In this document: positions 24,235 through 35,894 of the stretch, in pieces
Layout of the letters: each line of letters starts with the position of its first letter
Position numbering within the stretch: the stretch's first letter is position 1
Assembly (NCBI RefSeq): GCF_009914755.1
Contig: NC_060933.1
Reading direction: 5' to 3' (one strand)
DNA from: the human T2T-CHM13v2.0 reference genome, Homo sapiens
Length of the DNA stretch: 64,000 nucleotides
The notes under the pieces: generated by a model
The model's database searches: none
Seen by the model: only the letters and a program-made list of their open reading frames with translations
Told to the model about the DNA's origin: nothing
Program-made: the position numbers and the translations under genes

Positions 24235-24395
24235 ATCAGAGGATTCTAGACTTTAAGAGAAAGGGGGTCCTTGAAGCTTATTAACTTGCTCATAGCACAA
24301 ATGAGTACACAAAATCCAAGATCACAAAGCAGGTTTGTGGCAGAAACAAGACTGGAAGCTAGAAAGTCTGACCTTAAGCTCATGTTTCACTGTTT
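24235..24395 (-). mobile_element. MIR3/MIRc fragment
   Basis: ccaagatcacaaagcaggtttgtggcagaaacaagactggaagctagaaagtctgac. Confidence 0.55.
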
Positions 24396-25069
24396 TATTA
24401 TTTAAATTATTTAGGGATCCTGTGATTTTTTTTTTTTAACCATCACACATAGTTTGAAGTAAGTAGACCATTGTTTATGTGATGTAAGATAGATTTTAAT
24501 GATGTTTATTTTAATGAGATTTAAGCCATGAACCATTAAACCATTTTAGGAAAGCTATGAACCTTTAAACAATTTTAAGAAAGTCCATATTAGAGGAACA
24601 GAAGTTCAGCTTGTACACAGAGAAAATGGCAAATAGAAGATTCAAGGCACATGAGGAAGAAAGAATTGACCTGGTCTCCGATGATATATGGAGGTGGAAA
24701 GAAAGGAAGGAAGATGTCAAAACTAATTCATATTTCATTTTCAAGTGACTGGAAGAATGTTGATACCATTGCCAGCTGGAAGTAGCCTGTAGGGTAGGAA
24801 AGCAATGTTGATGTCTCCAAAGGGGAGAACACAGAGGCTGGGATGAGAAATTGTCTGTAGAGTAGAGAGGGAGAACTGGAAAAGACAAAGTCTCTGCAGG
24901 GTGAATCAATGGCACCTGACTATGGACTGTACATAATGAATGAGGCCAAACGAATTTAAAAATCATGGTGATGGAAGGGCATGCAGCCTGAGGCCTGCTA
25001 TAGGGTTGGAGTCAGGAAAGACCTCTGGAACAAACATTAATATTTTCTTTACTTGAAAAACTGCTATAA

Positions 25070-25650
25070 ATAATCATAAAATTTTAGGTCTAGGAAAACT
25101 ATAGCAGGTAATCGAGTTTTTTTCTGCCTCTAAAAAATTACTCCTTAGGCTTTAACAATGGGTAATGCAGAGTGTGTGGTTTGTCCTATTTTTAATAACT
25201 TCCCTTGATAAAATATTTGAATACCTATCAATCATTTTATTACTAAATCATTCCACATGCATAACTGTGGGCCCTCATTTCTATTTGGTCCATTTCCTTG
25301 AATTTAAATCAAGAATAGATAAATCACTAAGGCATTACCTCCATTCCGCTCCCTAAAGGTATTTGAGAGACAACCCTCGTAGTCTTCTATTCTTAGAACT
25401 ACATTTTCTAGTTTTGTGAAGTTTTCCTCATGGACATTGTACATCAGCTTCAGTGATACGGTTCTATTTGTCCAGCTTCAATTTGCCTATAAATTATTTT
25501 AGTTGAAGAGACAAGAAGCAGAAACAGTTGTCTTGTAAACAAAACAAAACAAAAACAAAACAAAGCAACATTCAGATAATGGATGAGCATATTGTATTTC
25601 CTGCAAGTTCTCGTTTTATTTATGTAGCCAGAAAGAACCCTTTTGAACTT
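25070..25650 (-). mobile_element. L3/CR1 LINE relic
   Basis: agtcttctattcttagaactacattttctagttttgtgaagttttcctcatggacat resembles the CR1/L3 antisense core. Confidence 0.35.
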
Positions 25651-26739
25651 CTTAAAATAGTGCTATGTATTTTATACGAGATAGGTTTGATATGTAACAT
25701 ATAAAGCCTCCCATTAATCCCTCCAGAATACATAAAAATAATTTTGCCCTCCTTTGCCAGACATTGGCAATTGCTTTGGGAAATATGTAAATAACTTGTT
25801 GAAATACTTTCCCAAGCTCCTTCTCCAGCATTCTTGTTTTCTTTTCAATTGAAAGACTTAACTCCAGTACCACAATTTAATACAACAAAGGAACATATTT
25901 TCCCAGGTAGTGCAGAAATAATAAATGGAAAAGATTCCCACAGCTTCCAGAGCCTGCTACTTAACATTACTTTTTTGAATCTACAGAAAATAAATTGATC
26001 CATTGATAATTTTAATAGATGTCTGAGAAAATAAAAACAGTGTATCAATTCTTGTCAGTGGCAATATTCATCTCTTTCCTTCTGTGTAGCAGCAACTCTT
26101 TGGGATCGCTCATCATAGAGACATTATAGATATTTGCAGAGGGAAATGAGAGGGCATAAGTTATTTTATTTATAGACAATTCAAATTCTTCCTGCAAAGA
26201 ATTTATAGCAACACATAAAAAAGCTAAAATACTGGCATTCTCACTTCCAATCCTGCCCATCCTTTTAAGTCACTGTCCCTAAAATCCTCATTTCCTCTCC
26301 CAAATTTTCCAAAGTGTTTCCTTCACGTTTTCAAATATATCCTTGTAAGCTCAGCTCTTTTCTGTTTGTATAAAAGTAAGGTAACTATACTGGTCTCTCT
26401 AACTGTCGATAACTTGCATTTTTCACTTTGACCTTATTTAAAGTGTGCAAATATTTAGCCCTTGAATAATATCAATTATGTAAATATGTATTTGCACATT
26501 CTATTTTCTTGAAAAGATACCATGTGATAAGCATATTCACTATTTTTTTTCTAAAATGGTACCAAAATGTTATAAATATTGGTATAAAAAAGGAGACAAC
26601 TAATGGATTGGTGAAAATTTGTGGGAGCTAGATTAAGTTGATAACTATTCATGGGGTTGACAAATTTTATTGCGTTGCTGGTGCCATGTAGAAGAGGGTC
26701 TTTTTAGACAAGGCCATTGATTTGATGTATTTATAGCAG

Positions 26740-26925
26740 AATTTTCTAAAGTGTTGTCAGAGGGCCGTCTTTACAGGATCAACTCGCCTTTTAAAAATTG
26801 CAGATATTTGTGTCCCATCTGTGTCTGACTGAAAGAAAGTTTCTAAATGGAGAGGGCCTTAGAATCCACATTTTAAGCAAGCAGTTCAGGTTATTCTCCT
26901 CACGTTAAAACACCTGGGCATCATT
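26740..26925. mobile_element. MER5-family hAT-Charlie element
   Basis: ttaaaaattgcagatatttgtgtcccatc...agaatccacattttaagcaagcagttcaggttattct. Confidence 0.6.
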
Positions 26926-27324
26926 TGTTGATAACATGTTACTAAAACAACATTTGTGTTTTAACCCAGATCTCCTTCTTAAATTCAGAATCTGTTTCTA
27001 GAAGGAGCTATTAGTTTACTTTCTTGAGTGCTCTGTGGGTATCTCGTATTCATTGCATGCTTCATCCCACTAAACCTGCCCTTCCTTTTTTACTTGTCTT
27101 GCCAATCAAAAGCCTAAGAGTCACCCTAGACCCTGTCCACACCTTCATCCTCAGTACCCAAATCACCAATAAGAGCCTTCGTGTCTAGCTTTTACGATTC
27201 TTGTGTCTTATCACCTCCTCTCAAACCTCACCTTTTCTAACATGCCAACTTATAAAGATTTTCATCTCTAAAGTGATGAGGCCCAGCAGAGCAGCACATC
27301 ACTGGCCTTTATGAGTCTCCACAA

Positions 27325-27520
27325 TTGGCACAACAAGGAGGAACAGTGGGAGTGATCTGTCACCTGTGCAGGCTAGAAGTCCTGTTTTTGTTACTGTTGG
27401 TGAAAAATTTTTAAAAATAATAAAACTGTTGGTTTGCTTTAATCATCACCATTAAGTAATGTTAGTAATAAAATACTCCTTGCTGCCAAACTGTTCCCCC
27501 CCCTTCCCTTGACACACGGT
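27325..27520. mobile_element. hAT-Tip100-type relic (ORSL-like)
   Basis: aaaaataataaaactgttggtttgctttaatcatcacc...aatgttagtaataaaatactcc; the family name is recalled and uncertain. Confidence 0.4.
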
Positions 27521-28001
27521 TGGCCCACACTATATACTTTCTACATATTTCTATTATCTTCATACATGCCATTTTATGTTATAATGAGCTGCTTACGTGT
27601 TTGTCCATCTCCCTACACTGTGAGTTCTTTTTTTCTGAGTTCTTTCTATATTTTATATTTCCTACTAACCAGCAAAAAACTCTCTATGCATTATACACAC
27701 TTAATAAATATGAGTCTTGCATATTGGAATAAATTTATTATTATAACATTATATACAAGAAATGGATTAAACTGCAAGACTAGGTACATGTATCTGCATA
27801 ACTCATTTTCAAAAACATCTCTAGAAATTGTGAAGCAGGGATATTTTAGAATTACAATAACATGTAGGTATGGGAAACAGAGAAGTGTCATCAGTGGATT
27901 AGGTAATTTAAAGAATAATGAAGTGACAAAGTCAAGTAGGTATGACTATTTGAATAAATCACTCCCCTAACACTGGCTGAAGAATACATTAAAACACAAA
28001 G

Positions 28002-28003
<2 letters not shown>

Positions 28004-28035
<32 letters not shown>
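28004..28035. repeat. (AC)16 microsatellite
   Basis: Perfect dinucleotide run. Confidence 0.97.
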
Positions 28036-28038
<3 letters not shown>

Positions 28039-28199
28039 TCAACAGGTGAACATGGAATATCAGGTTGAAAATTAGCAAAGACCCCCATGTGCACACACAC
28101 ATTCACACCACTCATATTTAAGGAAAATGAATACCATAAAATAGAAAGTAGTATAGTAAACTTAAAATAAATATAACTCATATACATAGATAAAAATAA

Positions 28200-28730
28200 A
28201 GCATATTTCGTCAGGAGGAAAGAATAGTTTTTCATGAAAAAGGAAAAACTAGAATGTAAAAAATATAATTATGGGTATAAACAGAAGCTCAATTCTCAGT
28301 AGCAGAATGGAGGCAGCAGAAGAGTAAATTGTTGAACAGAAATATTGAGCCAGAGAATTGTCCAATATTTATCACCAAAGAGCAAAAGAATAAGTACTTT
28401 GAAAACATAGTTAAGAGGTAGGAATCATAGATATAGAATTTAAAATATTCTTTTCATAAGAATTACAAAAGGAGAGAACAGTAACTGGAAGACAGGAAAT
28501 AAACACATAATATTGAAAAAACTTGATAAAGATAAAGTAAAACATGGAACTTTGGGATAAAAGTGCTTCCCAAGTGCCTACCAAAATCAATGAAAACAAA
28601 GAAAAAAAATCTGCATCTAGGTATACCTTGTGGTAAAATTTCAGACTTTCAAAGATAAGGACACTATGCTAACAGCTTCTGAAGACAAACCATGACACAA
28701 ACAAGTTGCCTGTAAAACATAATGCATAAA
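28200..28730 (+). mobile_element. HAL1/L1ME ORF1-region relic
   Basis: A-rich; agcagaatggaggcagcagaagag...gtaaaatttcagactttcaaagataagga...acagcttctgaag. Confidence 0.6.
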
Positions 28731-28889
28731 TAAAAAGATCACGGCTTATTATTTTTCTTCTGCCTTCCTTGTCAGCATCCTTCATGCATTGAGCAGACTT
28801 TGGAATTGTCAGTCTCCAAGGTTGACTTTGTTTACCAGTATTTTCTTTATTTTATTCATCTTTAAAACTGTTTAAAAACAGCTTTCCAT

Positions 28890-29350
28890 TCTATTGATCA
28901 ACTCCTATGGGTAAACCAAGGAATGTGATTGCTGAGTCATATGATAAAAGTATGTTCAGTTTTGTAGGAGACTGCCAAACTAGCTTTCAAAGCAGCTTAC
29001 CACTTTGCATTCCCGCCAGCAATTAATGACAGTTCCCATTGTTCCACATCCTTGCTAGCATTTGGTGTTGTCAGTGTTTTAAGTTTTGGCCATCGTAATA
29101 AGTGTGTAGTAGTATCTTATTGTTGTTTTAATTTGAAGTTCCCTAATGACATAACATTGAGCATCTTTTCATATGCTTATTTGCTATCTCTTTATCATCT
29201 TCAATGAGTTGTGCAGGTCTTTTGCCCATTTTAAAATTGGGGTGATTATTTTTCTTATTGCTAAGTTATAAGAGTTCATTGTATATTTTGGATAACAGTA
29301 CTTTATTAGATATGTCTTTTGCAAATATTTTTTCCCAGCCTTCTTGTTTT
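28890..29350 (-). mobile_element. L1MC-type ORF2 3' region
   Basis: ccactttgcattcccgccagcaatt...catttggtgttgtcagtgtttt...ttttgcaaatattttttcccag. Confidence 0.85.
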
Positions 29351-29508
29351 CTTGATACAGTTTTTTTTTCTAATTCCAGCATTTTGAAAACATTGTTTCA
29401 CAGTATTCCGGCTTCCATTGCTTCTAATGAGAAATTAGCAGTTCTTCATTTTGTTCTATGTACAGAACGTGTCTTTCCTTTGGCTGCTTTCAAGATTTGT
29501 TTTCTTTG

Positions 29509-30119
<611 letters not shown>

Positions 30120-30679
30120 TTTTCTTGGATTTTTATCGGTTTGACTTTGCTGTGCTTGGTTATGATTTTCTTTGTTTTATCCTACTTTGGGATGTCTGAG
30201 ATTGTTAAATCTTTTTGTTTGTATTTTTGGAACAAAATTTGACATTTCTAAAGCAATGTTTTCTTCCAATTTTTTTTTCATGTTTTCTCTTTTCTCTCCT
30301 TTTGGGACTTCAGTTACACATGTATTATACTACTTAATACTAGCTCATAAGTCATTAAACTATGTTTATTTTATTTAATTCATCTTTCTTCTTTCCTTTG
30401 GCTAGGATAATTTTTACTGTTTTGCCTTCAAGTTCACTGACCCATTCTTCTGTTTTGAATGTGCTTTGCTTATCCAATAAGTTTTTCATTTTAAGATTAC
30501 ACTTTTTAGTTCCAGATTGCATTTAGTTGTTTTTAACAGTATTTAATTCTCTGCTGATATCTTCCATCTTTTCATTTGTTAAGATCACTTTTCCAGTTCT
30601 TAAACATACTTATCATAACTTTTAAATGTTCTTTGTCTATTATTCAATATTAGGAGTCACCTTCATGTTGTAAAAACAG

Positions 30680-31130
30680 TTGAAAGCATTACTATTTTCA
30701 GATAATCTATATTTGCCTAGAGAATTGACCCTAAAACTATTAAAACTAGTAAGAAAAAATTAGTGAGCTGTGTATATAATGCACTATACAATAATCAATA
30801 TGCTTCATGTGTAAATAAACTCAAAATATGTATGACTTGTTTTAAAATATAATTTTTATTGACACAAATTAAGATGGAAAATTGTTTTGAATAAGATGCC
30901 TCAATATTGTAAGGATGAATGTTCTTCCCAAATGGATCAAATTTATGATCGTTCTAATTGAAGTATAGATATGATTTTTTTTCTGTGTTTGAAATTGCTT
31001 GGTGAACTCCTAAGTTCATCTGAAAGAAAAAAGCATCAACAGAAATCTAGAAAGAATTTAAAGTAAGAATAGAGAGCAGATATTATAATATACTAAAAAA
31101 GCTGCAGTCATTAAAGTATATAAATATTGG
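30680..31130 (+). mobile_element. Old L1M ORF2 fragment
   Basis: actattttcagataatctatatt...ctcaatattgtaaggatgaatgttcttcccaaatggatc...cctaagttcatctgaaag. Confidence 0.65.
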
Positions 31131-31159
31131 CTTTGGCACCTTCAGTGCAAGCACTTCAT

Positions 31160-31460
31160 TCCAAACTACCATCATATTTTCCCTCTATTAGTCATTACTT
31201 TTTAAACTGGTATTTCTGCTTCCACTATTTCCTCTGTTATTTATTCTCAGCCCAGCTGCTAGAATAATCCTGTTAAAATATAAATCAGATGATGTCACTT
31301 CTATACACAGACTGCCAATGGCTTCCCATCTCACTCAAAATAAAAGCTGAAATTCATACTGTAACTACAAAGTCATACAAGATCTGGCTCTTATTTGTTT
31401 CTTTTGTCATCTCTTATTGTCCCTCTTTACTGCTTGTCCTTCATGTTCAGCAAGCACACT
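31160..31460 (+). mobile_element. L2a fragment
   Basis: gctagaataatcctgttaaaatataaatcagatgatgtcacttc...caatggcttcccatctcactcaaaataaaagc. Confidence 0.8.
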
Positions 31461-32929
31461 GGGTATGCCCGTGCCTTGGGAAGAAGCAACTGGATGGGGT
31501 GGAAAGGAGACTGAGTTACCTACAGCAGGTAGCAGGGCCTCTGCAGTGAAGCTACTCAGTGACTAGAAGAGCAGCCACACTCTCTGGATCCTGAATTAGA
31601 GGCTTGGCAAGTCAGCACTGTTCACAATTGTGGAGCTGGTCTCTGGAGGTGATGTCCACATGTCATGTCTGGAGTTGACTAGTCACTGTCATAGGTAGCT
31701 TCTTCTAGCAGATGTAGAATGTTCAGGTTGCAGCAATGATCAGGAAGAAGGCCATTGGGATCATGTTTCTCAACACATGCAATTTACTTAGTGGCTTCAT
31801 TTTGACGTTCTCATTCCTTTCCACTGGACATTTGTTGAGCTTTGACAATCCTACCCTGTCTCCTTCACTCTACATCCTAGAGAGAAGAGAGATGTGCTGA
31901 ATATAACTGTCTTCTGTCCTGGAAGCACCACTGAGTTCCTTTGACATCTTTTTCCCTTCCTCAGATGTCATCATTTCACAATGCATGCTTTTGTTTGCTA
32001 ATTCAAACTAATGTTGCTCCTCTCCAGGCCAGGGGCTGTTCTGCTCACCTGTGTCAAATGGTGCTACTTACGATATGCATTAAGGCAGCATTCTATTTCT
32101 GTCTACACAAAGAGCTGCTGGAAGATGTTTTCACTGTGGGGAAAAAAGGCTGTATGATGGGGCATCTGACTCCAAAAGCGTAAATGTGCTCTTTCTGAGG
32201 TATAAATGCCTAATTTCAGATCATTTTCAAGAGCACATGGAGACAGAGAAGAGGAAAGAATACTGGCTATTTGGAGTAAAAGCTATCATGTTAGAGGAAA
32301 GGAGTAGTGTGGAGAAGAAGTTTGCTTTGCCCATTTAACACATTTTATTTGATACTTATTTTAAATATTAGCAAGTAGAATGTCAGATGTGAGGCAGAAG
32401 CCTTTTATAATATGGCAATGTTCCACCTGAAGAGAAAGGATCACACTCAGCATTTTGAAGTTTGTTTTATTTTACCTGAACAAATTTCAGCACCTTTTTC
32501 TTTCTTTAATACTCATTTTAACTAGGAAGCACTATTGATTGCAAAGTGTAAAACTTTTCTGATTAACTTTGCAGTGCTGTGGCCGAGGCTTTTTAAGGAA
32601 ACATTTAACCTTAGAATCCATAGTTTAAGTCTCCTTCTGCACCAACCAATTTTCATTTTGTCTCTGGCTAGTCGACGATCTCCATAATTTCTTTAACTTG
32701 TTCTTCCAAGCTGGCGATGTATTTAGTTGCTGTCACTGACAAGCACAGACTAAATAATAACACAAATAAGCAAAGTGATTTAGGTGACAGCTTGTTGGCT
32801 TTGTCACAATAGACAGAAGACCTAGTTAGTAGATAGTTGCTAGCAGGGTGATTTTAGATAAATGGTGAGAATAAATTTTATGTTTTATTGTTAAGGTAAT
32901 TTTCAAAGTTAATTGTAACTTGTAATATG

Positions 32930-33130
32930 TAAGGCTCTGTAAAGAGGAATAAAAGTCACTGAAATTAAAGCTGTATGACCTGGGGATGAATCTTGAGCCA
33001 ATACCTTTGTGGGTTTCTGTTTTCTCATTGGCATAAAGCATCCAGACTGATTTGTTCACAGAACTGGGATAAAAATGTAAATGATAATATGTGAATATAA
33101 CTAGCACAGTGCCTGACAAATTACAGTACT
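32930..33130 (+). mobile_element. MIR
   Basis: agctgtatgacctgggg...tttctgttttctcattgg...atgtgaatataactagcacagtgcctgaca. Confidence 0.7.
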
Positions 33131-33204
33131 TTTCAATTGGGATTTGAAGATATTTTGGGGAAACATCAGCAACTTTATATTGGATTCTTACTCATAATTT
33201 TTAA

Positions 33205-34600
33205 GCCATCAAATTAAAAAAATATATCTATTGAAGAATAACCTATGTGTAGAAAGATGCATTACTCTTAAATGTATGGATTGATGAATATAACTTTATA
33301 AAGTGAGTATAACTTTATAAAGTGAGTATAACTTTATAAATATGACTCAGATTAAAAATATTATCAGCACCCCAGAAGCCCCCTCTTGCACCATCCCAGC
33401 CACTATACCTGCAAAGGTAACCACAGTCCTAATGTCTATCTACATCAGTGTTCCTGTTTATGAACTTTATGTAATCAAATTCTCTATTCCATTTTTTGTG
33501 TCTGGCTTCTTACTGTCTCTATTATGTTCATGAAAAATATTCATGTTATGTTCTTTAGCATGAATTCATCCATTCCCAGTGCCATAAAATATTTCATTAT
33601 AACAATTTATTTATTCATTCTACTATCGGTGAATGTCAGGGACTTTTACATTTTTGACTATTAAAATATTACTACTATGAATATTGTGCATGCATTTTTT
33701 GGTTTACATGTATATGGAGTTTTAAAATTTTTCCTCAATCTTTTATTTGGGAAAGAATAAAAGTTAAAAAAAATGTTGAGAAATAGTACTATGCCCTACG
33801 TATAGTGTATAGCCCTATGCCATCATCTACTTTTACCAATTATTAACATTTTATCACATTTTCTCTTTGTTTCTATTTCTTTCACCTCTGAGTACTTTAT
33901 TGAGTTATCTCTTAAAAAAAAGGGCATTTTTTTCTATGTAAGTACAATTAGCACACTCAGGAAATGTAACTTTGATAGAATACTATTATTTAATAAGATA
34001 CCATCAATATTGAGACTTCTCTGTTTATACTAACAATGTGTTTTATGGCTGCCATTTTAAAAACAATGATTATTATTTTAAGATCTAGAATTAAGAATCT
34101 TGCATTCAGGTACCAGGTTATTTTAATCTCCTCTAATCAAAAGAAATTCCTTAACCTTTTCTTGTCTTTTTTGACTTTAATATTTTTGAAGAGTTCTGGG
34201 TATTTACTTAGCATAATGTTCCTAACTTTGGACTGGTCTGATTATTTTGTATGTATACATTTCTGTTCACAATACCTCTAAGTAGTGGAACTTTTGCATC
34301 AGAAGTCTGCACAGATTCAGCTCTATTAGCTATTGCCAAAGAGTTTTCCAAGGAAAAATGTTCAATTTATAATCCCTCCAGCATTATATCAGCGTTCTAG
34401 TTATCATGAAGTAATCATAGGACTTGGCCAGAATTTTGACTTGACAGTGTTTTTAACATTTTAACTATTATGATGGGTATGTAGTAATATCTTGCGTTTC
34501 TCTAGTTATTTTGAGAAATTTATCATAGTTAGTATCCATTTGCCTATTCCCTCTTACGAAGTGAATTTTTAGACCTTTTTGTGAAGATGATCTTCAATCA
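33205..34600 (-). mobile_element. L1ME 3' region with nested L1MC4-like fragment (~33720-34290)
   Basis: attatcagcaccccagaagccccctc...gtgtctggcttctt; the nested part has gaattaagaatcttgcattc...ttgactttaatatttttgaagagttctgg. Confidence 0.7.
33289..33340. repeat. 19-bp minisatellite, 2.7 perfect copies
   Basis: Unit TATAACTTTATAAAGTGAG starts at 33289, 33308 and 33327. Confidence 0.95.
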
Positions 34601-35424
34601 TTTAACTTATTTTTCATATATGCATATAAAGCTATTACAGCTTTAATAGAATCTCACAAGTTTTTAAAAACAGCTTTATTGAGATACAATTCACATACCA
34701 TACAAATCCCCCATTTATATTATATACAACTCAGGGGCTTTTAGTGGATTGACACATCTTTGCATCCATCATCACTATAAATGTTAGAGTTATTTTTTTA
34801 TTACCATGAAAAGAAGCCCCACAAAACTTTAGATGTCACTTCCAAATCTTCTCATAGTCTCCAGCCCTAGAAAACCAGAAATCTACTCTCTCTATAGATC
34901 TGTCTCTTCTAGATGTTTCATATTAAAGGAGTCATACAATAAGTGGTCCTATGTGGCTGGCTCTTTCACTTAGCATAATGTTTTTAAGATTCACCCATGT
35001 CGTAGCAGGTATCAGTACTTCACTTCTTATGGCCCTCCTAGTGCTGTGAAGTGGTATCTCTTTGTGACTTTGATTTGCATTCCCTAAAGACTAATAATGT
35101 TCAGAGTATTTCTATCTCCATTTTGCCCATTCGTATATCTTCTTTGGTGAGGTGTCTGTGCAGGTCTTTTGCCCATTTTTAAATTAGGTTATTTTCTTAT
35201 TGTTGAGTTGTGAGAGTTCTTTAAATATTCTGACTACTAGTCTTATTGGACATATAATTTGCAATTTCTTTTTCTATTCTGTTCATTGTCTTATCACACT
35301 TTTGATAGTGCCCTTTGATGCAAACATTTGGTAGAATTCACCAGTGAAGCCATCTGAACCTCAGATTTTTTTTGTGGGAAGTTTTTTGATTACTAACTAA
35401 ATATCTTTATTTGTTATAGGCCTA

Positions 35425-35484
35425 TGCATTAGTAAGGGTTTTCTGCAGTAGCAGAAACACGATGGATATATATATATATCCATC

Positions 35485-35518
<34 letters not shown>

Positions 35519-35894
35519 TTTATTATAAGAAATTGGCTCACATGATTATGGAGCCTGGCAGGTCCAAAATCTGCCAGAGCAGATGTCCCAGTTCATGTCC
35601 AAAGGCTGGAAGCTGCTGTAGAACCAGGAAAAGCTGATATACTACCTTAAAGGCCATCAGGCAGGAGAATTCTTTCTTACTCACTAGAGGGTTAGTATTT
35701 TGTTCTCTTCAGGCCTTCAACTTATTGGATGAGGGCCATTTACGTTAGGAAGGGTAGTCTGCTTTACTCAGTCTACAATTTAATTATTAATCTCATCCAA
35801 GGCTATCCTCACAGAAACACTCAGAATAATGTTTGACCAAATATCTAGGTACCCCGTGGCCCAGTCGAGTTGACACATAAAACTAAATATCACT
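35425..35894 (-). mobile_element. MLT2C-like ERVL solo LTR
   Basis: tgcattagtaagggtt...gaataatgtttgaccaaatatctaggtaccccgtggcccagtcgagttgacacataaaact; TSD-like GCCTA/GTCTA. Confidence 0.88.
35487..35517. repeat. (GT)15 microsatellite
   Basis: Perfect run inside the MLT2. Confidence 0.97.

Noticed and set aside
32529-32577. Hairpin as a pre-miRNA
   Set aside because: Only ~8-13 bp of interrupted stem; too short for a Drosha substrate
33289-33340. Short direct repeats with a palindrome resembling CRISPR repeats
   Set aside because: Head-to-tail with no spacers, eukaryotic context, no cas genes
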